From positions 1 through 60,464 of the IMG/VR virus record IMGVR_UViG_3300037014_000313: a stretch of 60,464 nt of DNA; one strand, 5' to 3'. The stretch comes from a virus. Lineage: Duplodnaviria > Caudoviricetes. Positions 17,544-27,814 of this stretch are shown here, piece after piece. A program made the position numbers and the translations under genes. Numbering within the stretch: the stretch's first letter is position 1; every line of letters begins with the position of its first letter. The notes under the pieces are model-generated. The model saw nothing but the letters and a program-made list of their open reading frames with translations. It did not search any database and had not been told where the DNA came from.

Positions 17544-19550
17544 TCACGCAATCCCAGGGGCCGATGCCCCTTGAATCAGGATGTTCCGAACCACAGTGTC
17601 AGCCGCTCTCCGAGTTTCGGTGTAAAGCTGTTGAAGCGGTTCCTGCATGGCAGAAGTAGTCGCGGCACCGATTTCTTTCGTCGACAAGTAGGCGGCGCCA
17701 CCTATCGCGCCAATAACGGGAAGCGCGCCCTGGAGAAGTTTCATGCCACCGCTGACGGCGGCGCCACCGGGGACAAGCAACGACAGCAATGGCAACAGGC
17801 CGGCTGCCAGTTTCCCGATCTGCAACCCGGCGAATACTCCGACCAGCTTGGTGGCGTTCTCTGCGACCAAGAGCAGGCCCTGCGCAAGCATCGTCATCAT
17901 GGGGATCAACTTTGCGATCGAGTCCACGATCTTGTTGAAAAACTGGGCGCCTTCGTCTCCCTTCATCCTATCCATGAGCCCGCTGAGCGAGCTCTTGAGG
18001 ATGTCGACGAGCCGCGCCGCGGCGCCGCTTTCAACGAACACCTTCCCCAGCTCGGAGACGAAGTCGGTGACGACCTTGTTGATCTGGAGAACGGAGGCAG
18101 CAAGCCCCCAGTTCACGTTGGAGAAAGTCTTTGTTTTCGTGTTGATGGCGTCAAGCACAAACGAGAGGAACGCCTGGACTTTCTGGCTTCTGTCGAGCTC
18201 GTTCGTGGCTTCTCCGATGGAGTCGGCATAAGCCGCGAACGCATCCTTTGACTGCAGGATGATCCCGAGTTCGTCGAGAAGCCTGCGCTCACCTTTCGTG
18301 ATACCGAAGACCAGGCGCTGGAACGCCTCGGCGGTGTCGCGGCCCATGACGATACCAAGTTTCGTCGCGCCATCGACGAGTTGAAGCATCTGGCCATCTG
18401 TGACCTTCAGCCCGGAGGTGAGGGCTGCGTTCGACATCCGCATCAGCTCGAACTTGGAGATGGTCCCAAGCGATGCGGCTTCCAGTTGTGGAAGCAGCGA
18501 CGACGACATGGTGCCCATCGCAGAGGACGACGTTTCGAACTGCTGTCCCGTCACGATCATCTTCGCGCCAAATTCACCCAGCCTCTTCGTGGCCTCGAAC
18601 AGGCTGTATGAAAGCCCGGCGAAGACAAATCCGAAGTAGGACACGCGGCCGATGACGTGCTCGACGGTTGAGCCGATATTCCTCAAGCTCGAAGCCGCAA
18701 CTGCGATGGACTTGCTCCACGTGGAAGTCGAAGCCGTGACTTCCGCCATCCTCGCCCTGAGGGATCCGATCCTGGCCTCGGTTGCGGAGATGGCGTTTTG
18801 GAGATTCGCCTGCACTGCAAGCCCTGCCGCCCCGCTTCCGATCGGCTGCCGCGCCAGGCCCTGGAACACGCGAAGCCGCTGCTCCAGCGTGGCCAGCAGA
18901 TTTTCTTGGGCTGAGAGCCCGGTCATTGATTTTCCCGCAGCTCCTGTCGCGGAAACGCCAAGTTGCACCCCGGGGGATGGCATCATCAACGCCGCGGGAG
19001 TTCTGAGCTGCCTCAGTTTCGCAGCGTTCGCCGCAAGTTGCCCGACTGGAGTCTGTGCGGCCATCGCCATTCTGGCGAATCTTTCACCCTCAAGATTTGT
19101 GTCTTTCAGGTCGATGGCCATCGCGCCGACCGTGAGGCCAAGCTGCGCCAGGTTGTTCCTGAGCGGATTGGCCACCTCGGCAAGCCGCGCGGCATTGCGA
19201 GACATCTGGAAAAGCGGAGTGTTCGCGGCCTGAGCGTTTTTCGCAAGCTGCGACATCTGCCATTGAAGACCCATCTCTCTTCCAAATAGCTGCGTGGTTT
19301 TATGCAGCCCAAGAAGAGACTTGTTCATCTTGGCGGTTTCAAGCATCTGGCTTGCCAACGCCAACACGTCGGATCTTGTTTCGCTGGTTATTCCAGATGT
19401 GAGCCCATAGGCGCCAAGCGGCATCCTTGTGGACATCTTCGTCGCTATGGTGCCAAGGCCTTGGATCTTTGTATGGAGTACATCGATGGAGGCGCTGAGC
19501 TGCGCCATGCCCTGTTCGCTGAACCGGATGATGATCTGGTCAACAGCCAT
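17544..19550 (-). CDS. Tail tape measure protein
   Basis: Ala/Leu-rich helical sequence; GITKGERRLLDELGI motif; follows the chaperone pair. Confidence 0.85.
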   Translation of the reverse strand: MAVDQIIIRFSEQGMAQLSASIDVLHTKIQGLGTIATKMSTRMPLGAYGLTSGITSETRSDVLALASQMLETAKMNKSLLGLHKTTQLFGREMGLQWQMSQLAKNAQAANTPLFQMSRNAARLAEVANPLRNNLAQLGLTVGAMAIDLKDTNLEGERFARMAMAAQTPVGQLAANAAKLRQLRTPAALMMPSPGVQLGVSATGAAGKSMTGLSAQENLLATLEQRLRVFQGLARQPIGSGAAGLAVQANLQNAISATEARIGSLRARMAEVTASTSTWSKSIAVAASSLRNIGSTVEHVIGRVSYFGFVFAGLSYSLFEATKRLGEFGAKMIVTGQQFETSSSAMGTMSSSLLPQLEAASLGTISKFELMRMSNAALTSGLKVTDGQMLQLVDGATKLGIVMGRDTAEAFQRLVFGITKGERRLLDELGIILQSKDAFAAYADSIGEATNELDRSQKVQAFLSFVLDAINTKTKTFSNVNWGLAASVLQINKVVTDFVSELGKVFVESGAAARLVDILKSSLSGLMDRMKGDEGAQFFNKIVDSIAKLIPMMTMLAQGLLLVAENATKLVGVFAGLQIGKLAAGLLPLLSLLVPGGAAVSGGMKLLQGALPVIGAIGGAAYLSTKEIGAATTSAMQEPLQQLYTETRRAADTVVRNILIQGASAPGIA

Positions 19551-19890
19551 CTATCGTCTCTCCCTGGCCGCGCGCTGCGCCTCTTCCATCTGGCGCTGCT
19601 CCACGTGGGACCGAATCGTCTTCACGGCCACACAGGTCCATGAATCCGAAAGGATTATATCATCGTTTTCGGGGATTCCCAATCTGAAGAGAAGGATGGC
19701 CTTGGTGATGCGTTCGTCCCCGAGGGCGTCCATCTCTCGGACCTTGGGACACCTCGAGCAAATCGGATGATCCCCTGGAGGCCTTTGCCGGCCAACATTC
19801 CCGTCCTGTCCGATGGCGTGCGTCTTGCATGTTTCGCAGGGCGTCCACAGGAACGGACTCTTGCTGGCCTCGAACGCCCTCAGGATTTTT
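19551..19890 (-). CDS. Tail assembly chaperone, -1 frameshift extension (GT-like)
   Basis: The -1 frame is open from A AAA AAA T (KKILRAFE...) to a stop abutting the tape measure start. Confidence 0.7.
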
Positions 19891-20263
19891 TTGTCTCTTC
19901 CTGATTCGGGAACGCTTTCGCCAGGAATTCGCTGAAACAGTTCACGATCGCGGCGGCGTCGGTCTTCAGCAGTTCCTCGATCGCATCGGGCTTGGGATCC
20001 TCGGCGAACCTTGACAGGCTTCTGGTGATCTCCGAAATCTGGATGTCCAGTTTCGCGACCCTGTCCACAGCGCCAAGGTACTCGTCGGCGTTCCGCTGCA
20101 GCACCGGCATGGCCTCGAGCCCCTCGATGGCGCGCATGAGCGCCTCGCGGTAGGTGACCCTGGCCTTGATCCTTGAAGACCACTCGATGGCCTCCTCGAT
20201 CGACATCGTCCTGAACTTGAAGACGACGTCTCCTGACCTGAGTTTGACGGGAACTTCGATCAT
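19880..20263 (-). CDS. Tail assembly chaperone (G-like)
   Basis: GGAGG RBS; ends ACA AAA AAA TCC TGA; upstream of the tape measure. Confidence 0.75.
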   Translation of the reverse strand: MIEVPVKLRSGDVVFKFRTMSIEEAIEWSSRIKARVTYREALMRAIEGLEAMPVLQRNADEYLGAVDRVAKLDIQISEITRSLSRFAEDPKPDAIEELLKTDAAAIVNCFSEFLAKAFPNQEETKKS

Positions 20264-20295
20264 GGCTGCCTCCCTTCCAAAAGGCGTTTCCGATC

Positions 20296-21777
20296 TTAAC
20301 TGACGTCGAGGATGTGTTCGGCTCCTTCCTCGATTAATGCGTCCGGGAGCTTGGCCGGCGCCGCGGCCTGGGGGAATGGGATCCCCCAGACATCGGCCAT
20401 CAGGCTCTGGATTTTTCCGGCCCTGTCGCTGGTGATGTCGACGTAGATCTCGTCATCTGCGTAGAACGGATTGAGGTTGACGATGATGTCGAGATCGTCG
20501 CTGGCGTAGGTGATGTCGCAGGATCCGGAGAGCCCGCTGGTGTTTTGCTCCACCATCGTTACGGTGCCGTTGCCGGTGCGCTCGCCGCGCGCGACCAGAA
20601 GCGTCTTCGCGGAATCCGAGTACCAGTTGACACGGCGATTGCCGCCGGTGAATACGCCGGCGACGAGCTCCTCGTAGAGCTTGCCCACGTCTGTGTTGGA
20701 CAGGGACTCGCCGGTGACGACGTAGTTCGTGACCTGGGCGCCGACGTCGTTGGTGTCGGTGATCGTCCTCACGATCTTCAGCCTGGCGCCGATGAGGTTG
20801 CTCTCCCACTCGTTCTTGATGATCAACGACAACCCGCCGCGGATGGTCCTGCCGTCGATGGCCGTAAGCGCGACGTCGAACGTCTCCTCAAGCGTGGTGT
20901 CGGCGCCGGCGGTGCAGGAGATGAGGATCCGGCCGCTGGGCGCGTTCTGCCTGAGCGCGACGACGGACAGAACGCCGATGCCGACGTTCTCGGGATCGTA
21001 GTCGGGGGATCCGTTCGTGATCGTGTTCTGGTCAATGGTCTGAGCTCCGGCGCCGCTGCCTTCATCGCCCATGGCATCCACGAGCTCCTGCAGGAGGCCG
21101 GTTCTTGTGGTGACGGCGGCTCCGTTCTCGTCGACGGAGTCGGAAGCGGAATAGATCGAAGTCGTCGGGCTCTGCATGAACTCCTTGATCCGCGTCCTGA
21201 TGAAGTTCGTCTCGATGTCCGACTTCATTGTCGTTGCCTGTGAAGCCAGCGCGGACGCGATCGAATTCAGGCGATCGGTGAATTTCCTGGAGGCATAGGT
21301 CCCGCCAAGGCCGGAATCGAATGCGCGCGACCCCTTCAGGCCTTCGTCGATGTCGAGGGCAAGGATGATGTTGCCGTCGCTGGCCGAAATCGGATTCTTG
21401 AGCTTGACCGTCCCAGTCAGCCCCGAATTCGCGAATTCCGCAAGGGTCACGACTGCGCCGTCAACGGCGGATCCACTGGCGACCTTCAGCGTCTTGGCCG
21501 AGTCCATGAAGACTTCGACAAGAGCCGACCCGGGGGCGGGGTTTTCGTCCGTCAGCGTGATCCAAAGCCGGCCATCCTCCGAAGTGTTCACCCCGCGCTG
21601 GGCGCCGGAGAACGTCCACAGGCTCAGGAATCCGGAGAGGTCGAGCATCTCGAAGGTGCGGGTGCGGCCTTCGATGAACCGACGCCTGAAGTCGCGGAGC
21701 TGGCGCCACGGCCGGAGGTACTGGATGAACTCCCTGAAGAGGTTCGTCCACTGGGCCTGGCTCTTGTTCAGATCCAT
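20296..21777 (-). CDS. Putative virion structural protein
   Basis: Beta-rich; carries two copies of a module also present in the tail tube protein. Confidence 0.6.
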   Translation of the reverse strand: MDLNKSQAQWTNLFREFIQYLRPWRQLRDFRRRFIEGRTRTFEMLDLSGFLSLWTFSGAQRGVNTSEDGRLWITLTDENPAPGSALVEVFMDSAKTLKVASGSAVDGAVVTLAEFANSGLTGTVKLKNPISASDGNIILALDIDEGLKGSRAFDSGLGGTYASRKFTDRLNSIASALASQATTMKSDIETNFIRTRIKEFMQSPTTSIYSASDSVDENGAAVTTRTGLLQELVDAMGDEGSGAGAQTIDQNTITNGSPDYDPENVGIGVLSVVALRQNAPSGRILISCTAGADTTLEETFDVALTAIDGRTIRGGLSLIIKNEWESNLIGARLKIVRTITDTNDVGAQVTNYVVTGESLSNTDVGKLYEELVAGVFTGGNRRVNWYSDSAKTLLVARGERTGNGTVTMVEQNTSGLSGSCDITYASDDLDIIVNLNPFYADDEIYVDITSDRAGKIQSLMADVWGIPFPQAAAPAKLPDALIEEGAEHILDVS

Positions 21778-21779
21778 TT

Positions 21780-23072
21780 CTAGAGCTCCACAGTGACGGC
21801 CAGAGGAGTCGTCACGCCATCGTAGAGGACGTCGAAATCGAGCTCCACCTTCTCGATCAGCTCCGCGGAGAAGCCGGGCTCCTTGAGGCGGGGCCGAACC
21901 TTGACCGGCATCTCCAGCCGGAACGTCTTCGAAGTGCCGATGACAAGTGCGTAGTCGGCGCGCATCTTGATCATGCCGCCGGCCACGTCAGTGTTCGCCC
22001 GGGCGTCGTCCACGAGGCCCAGGGTCTCCAGACACGCCTCTCCGCTCAGGGATCCGCCGAGTGAGACGAATCCGCGCTTGATCAGCTTTTGAGGAGTCGG
22101 GGAGTTGGCGATGTACTGGTGGACGTTGTTGGTGATGTGGAAGGAGAAGTTGTCGACCACGGGCGTGACCGCGGCCGAAGGGTTCTTCGTCAGCGTCAGC
22201 TCCGAATGCGAGTACGACACGAGGTCGAGCTCGGGCTCGGGGATGACCAGGTTCGTTCCCGTGACCTTGGCGAGGCGCTTGCCCATGATCGAGGCCGTGA
22301 CGGACATCTCCGCGTTCTCGGCGCTCTCGATCTTGAGGTCACTGACGACGCAGTCGGAGAGGACGTAGATGTCGGCGCCGTCCTCGTAGAACATCCTGAA
22401 GAACCGGGTGAACTGGTTCTCGAAGAAGAACTCGATCTTTTGTGGAAAGGCGAATGCAACGCCTGCGGCGGCACCGACTCCGAGCGTGATGGACCCGGTG
22501 AGACCGCTGCCACCGGCAGCGACGAGCGGAGTCGGCGTGGCAGCCGCGGCAACGACGGCGCTGGCCACGAGATCCGTCAGAAGCGCATCACGATAGAAGT
22601 TGACCGTGAGCGGGAATCCACCGCCGACGATGTCGATGTACACCGTGGTGGCGGCAGCCGGGAACGTCGACGGCCCGCGCGTGTTGTGATGCGGCCGGAT
22701 GCCGGTGAACGACAGCGCGGTGATGTTCGGCGCCTGGGCGCCGGAAAGCGTCATGTTCGCCATCGAGCAGACGGGGCTTCCCGACATCACGCTCTCGAGG
22801 AAGGGGAGAAGCTGGAACCGCGACCCCCACATCTTCATTTCCCTCTTGAACGCCTGGCTGATGATCCTGTCGCCGTCGAAGCGTTCGAAGATGGAGCCGT
22901 GCGTGCCGTTGGGGCGCAAGTACGTCGGGTCAGGATCACGGCTCAGCGACTGCGCGACGATGAACTGCTTGGGCGTGTAGGGAGGGGCAAGCGCCACGCC
23001 TTCTGCGCTCTGCCAGTCGATCCCGACTGACGCCGCAGAAATGACTCGAGGATTCGTAACAGTTCCAGGCAT
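21780..23072 (-). CDS. Major tail (tube) protein
   Basis: Position after the terminator-like gene; beta-rich; AGGAGG RBS. Confidence 0.7.
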   Translation of the reverse strand: MPGTVTNPRVISAASVGIDWQSAEGVALAPPYTPKQFIVAQSLSRDPDPTYLRPNGTHGSIFERFDGDRIISQAFKREMKMWGSRFQLLPFLESVMSGSPVCSMANMTLSGAQAPNITALSFTGIRPHHNTRGPSTFPAAATTVYIDIVGGGFPLTVNFYRDALLTDLVASAVVAAAATPTPLVAAGGSGLTGSITLGVGAAAGVAFAFPQKIEFFFENQFTRFFRMFYEDGADIYVLSDCVVSDLKIESAENAEMSVTASIMGKRLAKVTGTNLVIPEPELDLVSYSHSELTLTKNPSAAVTPVVDNFSFHITNNVHQYIANSPTPQKLIKRGFVSLGGSLSGEACLETLGLVDDARANTDVAGGMIKMRADYALVIGTSKTFRLEMPVKVRPRLKEPGFSAELIEKVELDFDVLYDGVTTPLAVTVEL

Positions 23073-23090
23073 GTCAAGCCCTCCTTTGTT

Positions 23091-23534
23091 TTATTCTATC
23101 CTGACAACTTCAAACGTCAACGCCTTTTCGACAAGATGGATGTTTCCTTCAACGAGCGACGTCGGAGCATCCTCGCTTTGGAGGAAAACGCTGGTGTATT
23201 TTCCGCCGTGTCTCCACATGTCCAGGACGTTCCGAACGTCCTTTGCCATATCCTCGATGCCCTTTTGGGACGCAGCGCCCATGATGACGCCTTCCTTGTC
23301 GAAGACACGCTGGACGACGTGGACGCCTACGGTGAATGGCATCCGTCTCTTGTAGCTGGACAGATGACTGATGCCCGCTGTCCCGCCATCGGTCAGGTAG
23401 ATGTACGGCGTCTTCTCCTGCAAGGGGATGACTTCTCTCGACGTCGCGATGACGATGCCACCGCCGGCTTTGATGTACTCAAGCCTGGGATCCGACAACA
23501 GGTAATTCGTGAAATCAGCAAGGACTTCCTTCAT
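23091..23534 (-). CDS. Tail terminator/completion protein
   Basis: Size, synteny and PYIYL pattern. Confidence 0.6.
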   Translation of the reverse strand: MKEVLADFTNYLLSDPRLEYIKAGGGIVIATSREVIPLQEKTPYIYLTDGGTAGISHLSSYKRRMPFTVGVHVVQRVFDKEGVIMGAASQKGIEDMAKDVRNVLDMWRHGGKYTSVFLQSEDAPTSLVEGNIHLVEKALTFEVVRIE

Positions 23535-24331
23535 CTTTGCCTCATACCAGCGAGGAGATCAAACTTGACCATGATGATGATCGCCGTCTTGACCTCCTCT
23601 GGCATTTGCCTGAACCACGTTCTTTTCGGGATATTGCAGGTGATAGGATACCTCTTTTCGGCCCAATTCCAAAGAACATAAAATGAACGGGCATTGTATA
23701 GCCTCTTGTTGTACTCTTTATCCGACATCCTCTTCCTGCCGGTGCCGGCACTGGTCGTGATCATGTCGCCGTCGAAATTCCGAATGTACCGAAGTTTTCT
23801 GATCTTGGCAACGCGCGCCTCGTCTGGCTTCTTCACACGCTCGATGAGGCGTTGTTTTTCTTGCGGACCAAAACGAAAGGTATGCGTGTAATCGCCTTTC
23901 GTCGTCTGGAGATGCTTGTCGGCGTAAGGGACAGAGGTCCCGATTACAATGGCATTACGGCGATAGCCGATTCTGAAGTCAGGGTCTGTGGACTGCGTAG
24001 CAGACTTGAACAGCCTTTTCGTGTCAAACAGCCTTTTTGTCCTGGCAGGAAGCCTGCGAATCATCCCCAAAGTGGCGCCTGGGGAAAATCGCGTGAGGCC
24101 AGATCCCACATACGGCAACTGCCTAGTGAAGAGAATTTCAGGAACAGTAATCCTTGGCCATTTACCTCTCATGCCCAGCGTGTAGTTGGCCCTGTTCCAT
24201 CTCGCGACAGCGGAGGCGATTGAGCTGATCGCGGTTTTGCTGAGATTTCTTGCGGAGTTTCTTACCTTGTCTTCAAGTTGCGCAAGAGTTCTCGCGTATG
24301 CCTTGTAGCCTTCGACTCGAATCCTGATCAC
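23531..24331 (-). CDS. Neck / virion morphogenesis protein (Mu gpG-like, basic)
   Basis: LFDTKRL..S, IGTSVPYA..H, IPKR.W motifs; GTGA-coupled start. Confidence 0.65.
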   Translation of the reverse strand: MIRIRVEGYKAYARTLAQLEDKVRNSARNLSKTAISSIASAVARWNRANYTLGMRGKWPRITVPEILFTRQLPYVGSGLTRFSPGATLGMIRRLPARTKRLFDTKRLFKSATQSTDPDFRIGYRRNAIVIGTSVPYADKHLQTTKGDYTHTFRFGPQEKQRLIERVKKPDEARVAKIRKLRYIRNFDGDMITTSAGTGRKRMSDKEYNKRLYNARSFYVLWNWAEKRYPITCNIPKRTWFRQMPEEVKTAIIIMVKFDLLAGMRQR

Positions 24332-24804
24332 ACAACATCCAAAGATCCCTGCTCCTCCGAGTTGATGACGTTCCCGGAGTGGTCGTACTTCGACCTCGTG
24401 AAGATCTTTTCCTGGTCTTCGGTGGAGGAGCGCGGAAGACCCGTGGAGGATGGCAGCGGAAGCAGGAGCTCTCCTGCGGAGATCTTCTCCAAGACGTTGT
24501 GGAAGTATTCGCACTGGCTCTTGTAGTCTTCGGGAATGACGCCGCGGCGCGCCGCGAGTCCGCAGACGGCAAGCCAGAGCGTGGCTGCTTTGATGATGCC
24601 GGCGCCGGCCGGGATGGGAAGCGCCACCGGGACGGTGTATCCGGCGGCTGAAAGCGCGGCGTTGACTTCGCCCTCGGCGTTGTCGAGATGAAGCGAGGAG
24701 ACGGCGTCGTTGACCTGACCGATCTCGGAGTCGTCGGTCAGTTGAACCATGATCGCTTTCGAGATCAGGTTCTCGAGGTCCGTGACGGTGGCGTAGACAG
24801 GCAT
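24328..24804 (-). CDS. Head-tail adaptor (Mu gp36/DUF1320-like)
   Basis: YATVTDL...QLTDD...AEGEVNAAL...YTVP...LEKISAG. Confidence 0.75.
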   Translation of the reverse strand: MPVYATVTDLENLISKAIMVQLTDDSEIGQVNDAVSSLHLDNAEGEVNAALSAAGYTVPVALPIPAGAGIIKAATLWLAVCGLAARRGVIPEDYKSQCEYFHNVLEKISAGELLLPLPSSTGLPRSSTEDQEKIFTRSKYDHSGNVINSEEQGSLDVV

Positions 24805-24825
24805 CCTTCCATTCTCCCGTCAGGG

Positions 24826-24898
24826 CCGCGGAGGGGAGCCGCCCTCGTGTCGAAGGAGGAGTCGATCGCTCATCGAGCGACGACTCCCCTCCCCGCGG
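24826..24898 (-). promoter_or_regulatory. GC-rich stem-loop downstream of the capsid gene (mRNA stabiliser or attenuator)
   Basis: CCGCGGAGGGGAG/CTCCCCTCCCCGCGG and GGAGTCG/CGACTCC; no clear U-tract. Confidence 0.45.
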
Positions 24899-24916
24899 TC
24901 GGACTGACTGTCTTGC

Positions 24917-25849
24917 TTACGAGATCACGGTCCGGGCGATGTAGCCGGCCCCTTGCGAGACCAGCTTCGGCACGTCCTTGTACGACGTGCGGATGACGTC
25001 GCCCTTGCGCTCCTCGTCGCGCCACCGATCCGTGAGCATGGCCTGGCTCTGGATGTGGTAGCCCCAGGAGAGCTGCTTCAGCCCGGGCCGCGGCGCGACG
25101 TAGCCGAAGAAGATCTGTTTGCCCCAGATGTAGGACAGCACATCGGACTGCCCCTCGAGCGCCGTGTTCTCGATGCCGCCGGCGACGATGATCTTGGGGA
25201 TGTCCCACAGGGTCGCCAGGAGATCGGGCGTGATGACGCCGATCTGGGTGTACTTGATCCGCTCCAGGACCTTGGGGTGCTCGCGGGCCTTCTCGTACAC
25301 CATGCGCGGCAGCACCATGACGTTCGGGGACTTCCCGGTCATGGAGTTGATCTTCGCGCGCGCTGAGGCCACGTCGACGCTGGGATCGCTGGTCGCGGAG
25401 GTGTAGTTGTCCCACCGCTCGGCCACGGCGATGTTGACGTCGGCGCCGGCGCCGTAGGTGCCGGAGGCGAGGAGCACGGCCGCGAGACGCTTCTCGCGCC
25501 GGATCATCAGCTTCTCGGCGATGATCGAAGCGCTGTCGGCCATGACGTCGATCGGGGAATCCTGGTTCGCCTTCTCGTCGTCCTCGACGAGCTCTGCGAG
25601 GGCGTGACGCTCGGTCTTGTAGCCCTCGTGCGTGACGTTCCAGTTGATCTCTTTGGCACTCGTCTTCGGCGCCCAGCGCGTCTCTTCGACGCGGAGGTTG
25701 GACTTGTCGTAGACGTAGAAGATGTCGGAGTCCTTCTTGACCGGGACCACGGGCCAGATCTGGGGCGCGACCAGCGCCTTGTCGTTGGACAGCGCCAACG
25801 AAATGTTCGTCAGGACTACGTCCTGATGGATGTTTTTCACCAGAGGCAT
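24917..25849 (-). CDS. Major capsid protein
   Basis: 310 aa; HQDVVLTNIS, IWPVVPVKK, PNVMVL; follows the protease and decoration genes. Confidence 0.85.
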   Translation of the reverse strand: MPLVKNIHQDVVLTNISLALSNDKALVAPQIWPVVPVKKDSDIFYVYDKSNLRVEETRWAPKTSAKEINWNVTHEGYKTERHALAELVEDDEKANQDSPIDVMADSASIIAEKLMIRREKRLAAVLLASGTYGAGADVNIAVAERWDNYTSATSDPSVDVASARAKINSMTGKSPNVMVLPRMVYEKAREHPKVLERIKYTQIGVITPDLLATLWDIPKIIVAGGIENTALEGQSDVLSYIWGKQIFFGYVAPRPGLKQLSWGYHIQSQAMLTDRWRDEERKGDVIRTSYKDVPKLVSQGAGYIARTVIS

Positions 25850-25919
25850 CTTTTGCCCCCCTTACTTTCGGGTTTTCGTTCCAACAGGATCGGAACCGCT
25901 CCGATCCATGCCGCCAGAT

Positions 25920-26324
25920 CTACGTCGTGATCGGGCTCTGAAGGATCATGGCCTCGATGACGTCGCCATCGGCCGTCGCGACCTCGAGGGCGATGGCCCA
26001 GTTGACGTCGGCGCCAGCGCCACCCTGGACGAACTTGCCATCCGCGGCGCCCAGCTTCAGGAAGCTGTTGATCGTGCAGCCGCCGATGCCGATCCGGACC
26101 TTCGACGTCCCGATCCGGGTGACCGTGGCCAGCTCATCGGCCGCGGGAAGGTTCTTGAGGATGCCGATCATCTTGTCCGTGGCACCCGCGCACTCCACGA
26201 TCTGCCGCGCCACGGTGTGGAGCTTCACGGCCCGATACCGCTTGGAGGTCGTGGAGGCAGCGTCGCTCGACAGGTCCGCGCCGGCGACGAAGGTCAGGTC
26301 TTGAATGACGTTTTCCTGGGACAT
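25920..26324 (-). CDS. Capsid cement/decoration protein (DUF2190-like)
   Basis: IGIL.N...A.....V...G...AIALE.ATADGDVIE pattern. Confidence 0.7.
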   Translation of the reverse strand: MSQENVIQDLTFVAGADLSSDAASTTSKRYRAVKLHTVARQIVECAGATDKMIGILKNLPAADELATVTRIGTSKVRIGIGGCTINSFLKLGAADGKFVQGGAGADVNWAIALEVATADGDVIEAMILQSPITT

Positions 26325-26385
26325 CTTCGGTCCCTCCTTTTTTCAGTTCCAACCGAACACACACGCCGAAAGAACAGTCGGCCGG

Positions 26386-27585
26386 TTACTCCACCAGGGC
26401 CGGGTTCGCCTTCGCGACCTCGCGGACGGCTTCCACGTAGGTCATGGAACGCCCCTTCTTCAGCTCATCGGCCAGGTGGACCTGGGTGGCCTTGTCCAAC
26501 ATCTTGGACTTGGACTCGCCTTCCGCCTTCATGTTGGCGATGAGATCGGGGTTCTGCGTGGCGATCTCTTCCAGCTTCACGATCTGGGGGAGGCCGCGCA
26601 TGAACTCCTTCATCCAGCCCAGGGGCGACAGCTCCTTGGCTTCCTTGGCCTCGGAGAACTTCATCGGCTTGGAGTCCGTCAGGGTCTCCAAGAACCGCGA
26701 AATGCCCATCTCCTGCCAACGGGGCAGGAAGCGACCTTCACGCTTCAGCTCCTCGCAGAACGAGGAGATCGACGCGCGATGTTTCTCGACGCTTTCCTTG
26801 GCCAGCTCCGCGGTGAGCTCCTGGTTGCGCTTCTCGAGCTCGGCCACGCGGCCGACCAGACCGGCATGATCTTCCGCCATCTTCGTCCCTCCTTCGTCCG
26901 AAAAAACCGTGATCACATTGTCGTTCTCGCTCATGGCGGCGACATCCGCCAGGGTTTTCACTTCCGGGACGTCGGCGCCCAGGAGCGCCACGCGGCGCAG
27001 GGCCAGGCCGAACGCCTTTCCGCCGTCCATGAAGTTCTGGTACAGCTCCGCGGAGATGCGCTTGTAGCGCCCCGCCTTCACGGCCGTGATCGCGGCCTCG
27101 GGGACGTCGTCGAACTTGGCGACGAGGACGGCGCCGTCACCCTTCTTCTTGACCTCGACGTGCTTGAGCCAGCCCAGGGCGGGCAGCCCCGAGTTCTGGA
27201 GGATGGTCTGCTTCTCGTCGTGGCCGAGGACCATGGGCGGCTTCAGCTTCTCGCCGAAACGCTTGAAGTTGTCGGCGATCGTGTTGAGGTCGGCCTCGGT
27301 GAAGGTCCTGTCGCGATGGGTGCCGGTGGCAAAGATCTCGACGTTGTCGAGCTCGGCGCACTTCACGAAAGGTTTCTTGTCCTCGATGGGCTTCTTGTCT
27401 TCGGCGAGTTTCTTGTCCTTGGCATCCAGGGCGGCCTTTGCGGCCTTGGCGGCTTCCTCTTCCTCCCGCTTTTTCTTCTGCTCGGGAGTCTCGTCCTTGC
27501 CCGGCTCCTTCATCTCGGTCTCTTCGTCGGGCATGATGTCAACCTTGGTGTCCTTCTCCTTGTCGTCTTCCTCTTTCTTGGTCAT
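26386..27585 (-). CDS. Prohead protease/scaffold (Mu-like)
   Basis: VEIFATGTH, PMVLGHD, PALGW, YKRISAEL, VALLGADVPEVKTL; coiled-coil C-terminus. Confidence 0.82.
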   Translation of the reverse strand: MTKKEEDDKEKDTKVDIMPDEETEMKEPGKDETPEQKKKREEEEAAKAAKAALDAKDKKLAEDKKPIEDKKPFVKCAELDNVEIFATGTHRDRTFTEADLNTIADNFKRFGEKLKPPMVLGHDEKQTILQNSGLPALGWLKHVEVKKKGDGAVLVAKFDDVPEAAITAVKAGRYKRISAELYQNFMDGGKAFGLALRRVALLGADVPEVKTLADVAAMSENDNVITVFSDEGGTKMAEDHAGLVGRVAELEKRNQELTAELAKESVEKHRASISSFCEELKREGRFLPRWQEMGISRFLETLTDSKPMKFSEAKEAKELSPLGWMKEFMRGLPQIVKLEEIATQNPDLIANMKAEGESKSKMLDKATQVHLADELKKGRSMTYVEAVREVAKANPALVE

Positions 27586-27682
27586 TCCAAGGTCTCCATA
27601 AACAGGACTTGTCGGACAAAGAACCTACTTCCAAAGGAATACCCCGTAAACCAATCAATGTCAATGGAAAACTGAAAATTCT

Positions 27683-27814
27683 CTATCCGTACTGGATCAG
27701 CGTCAGGGCACCACTCCTTACGACGAGAGCATAGTCGAGGATGGGGCGCCCGCATTTCCTGCACGCGAGGAGGCCATCGATGAGCTCGATGGGCTCACGA
27801 TGCTCCTTGCACAT
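27683..27814 (-). CDS. 43-aa zinc-ribbon micro-protein
   Basis: TGATG coupling to the Dam gene; MCKEH...CRKCG. Confidence 0.5.
   Translation of the reverse strand: MCKEHREPIELIDGLLACRKCGRPILDYALVVRSGALTLIQYG

Noticed and set aside
14767-27675. Long + strand ORFs (e.g. 14767-15879, 16104-17537, 26305-27675)
   Set aside because: These are antisense shadows of GC3-rich structural genes, with no motifs or RBS.
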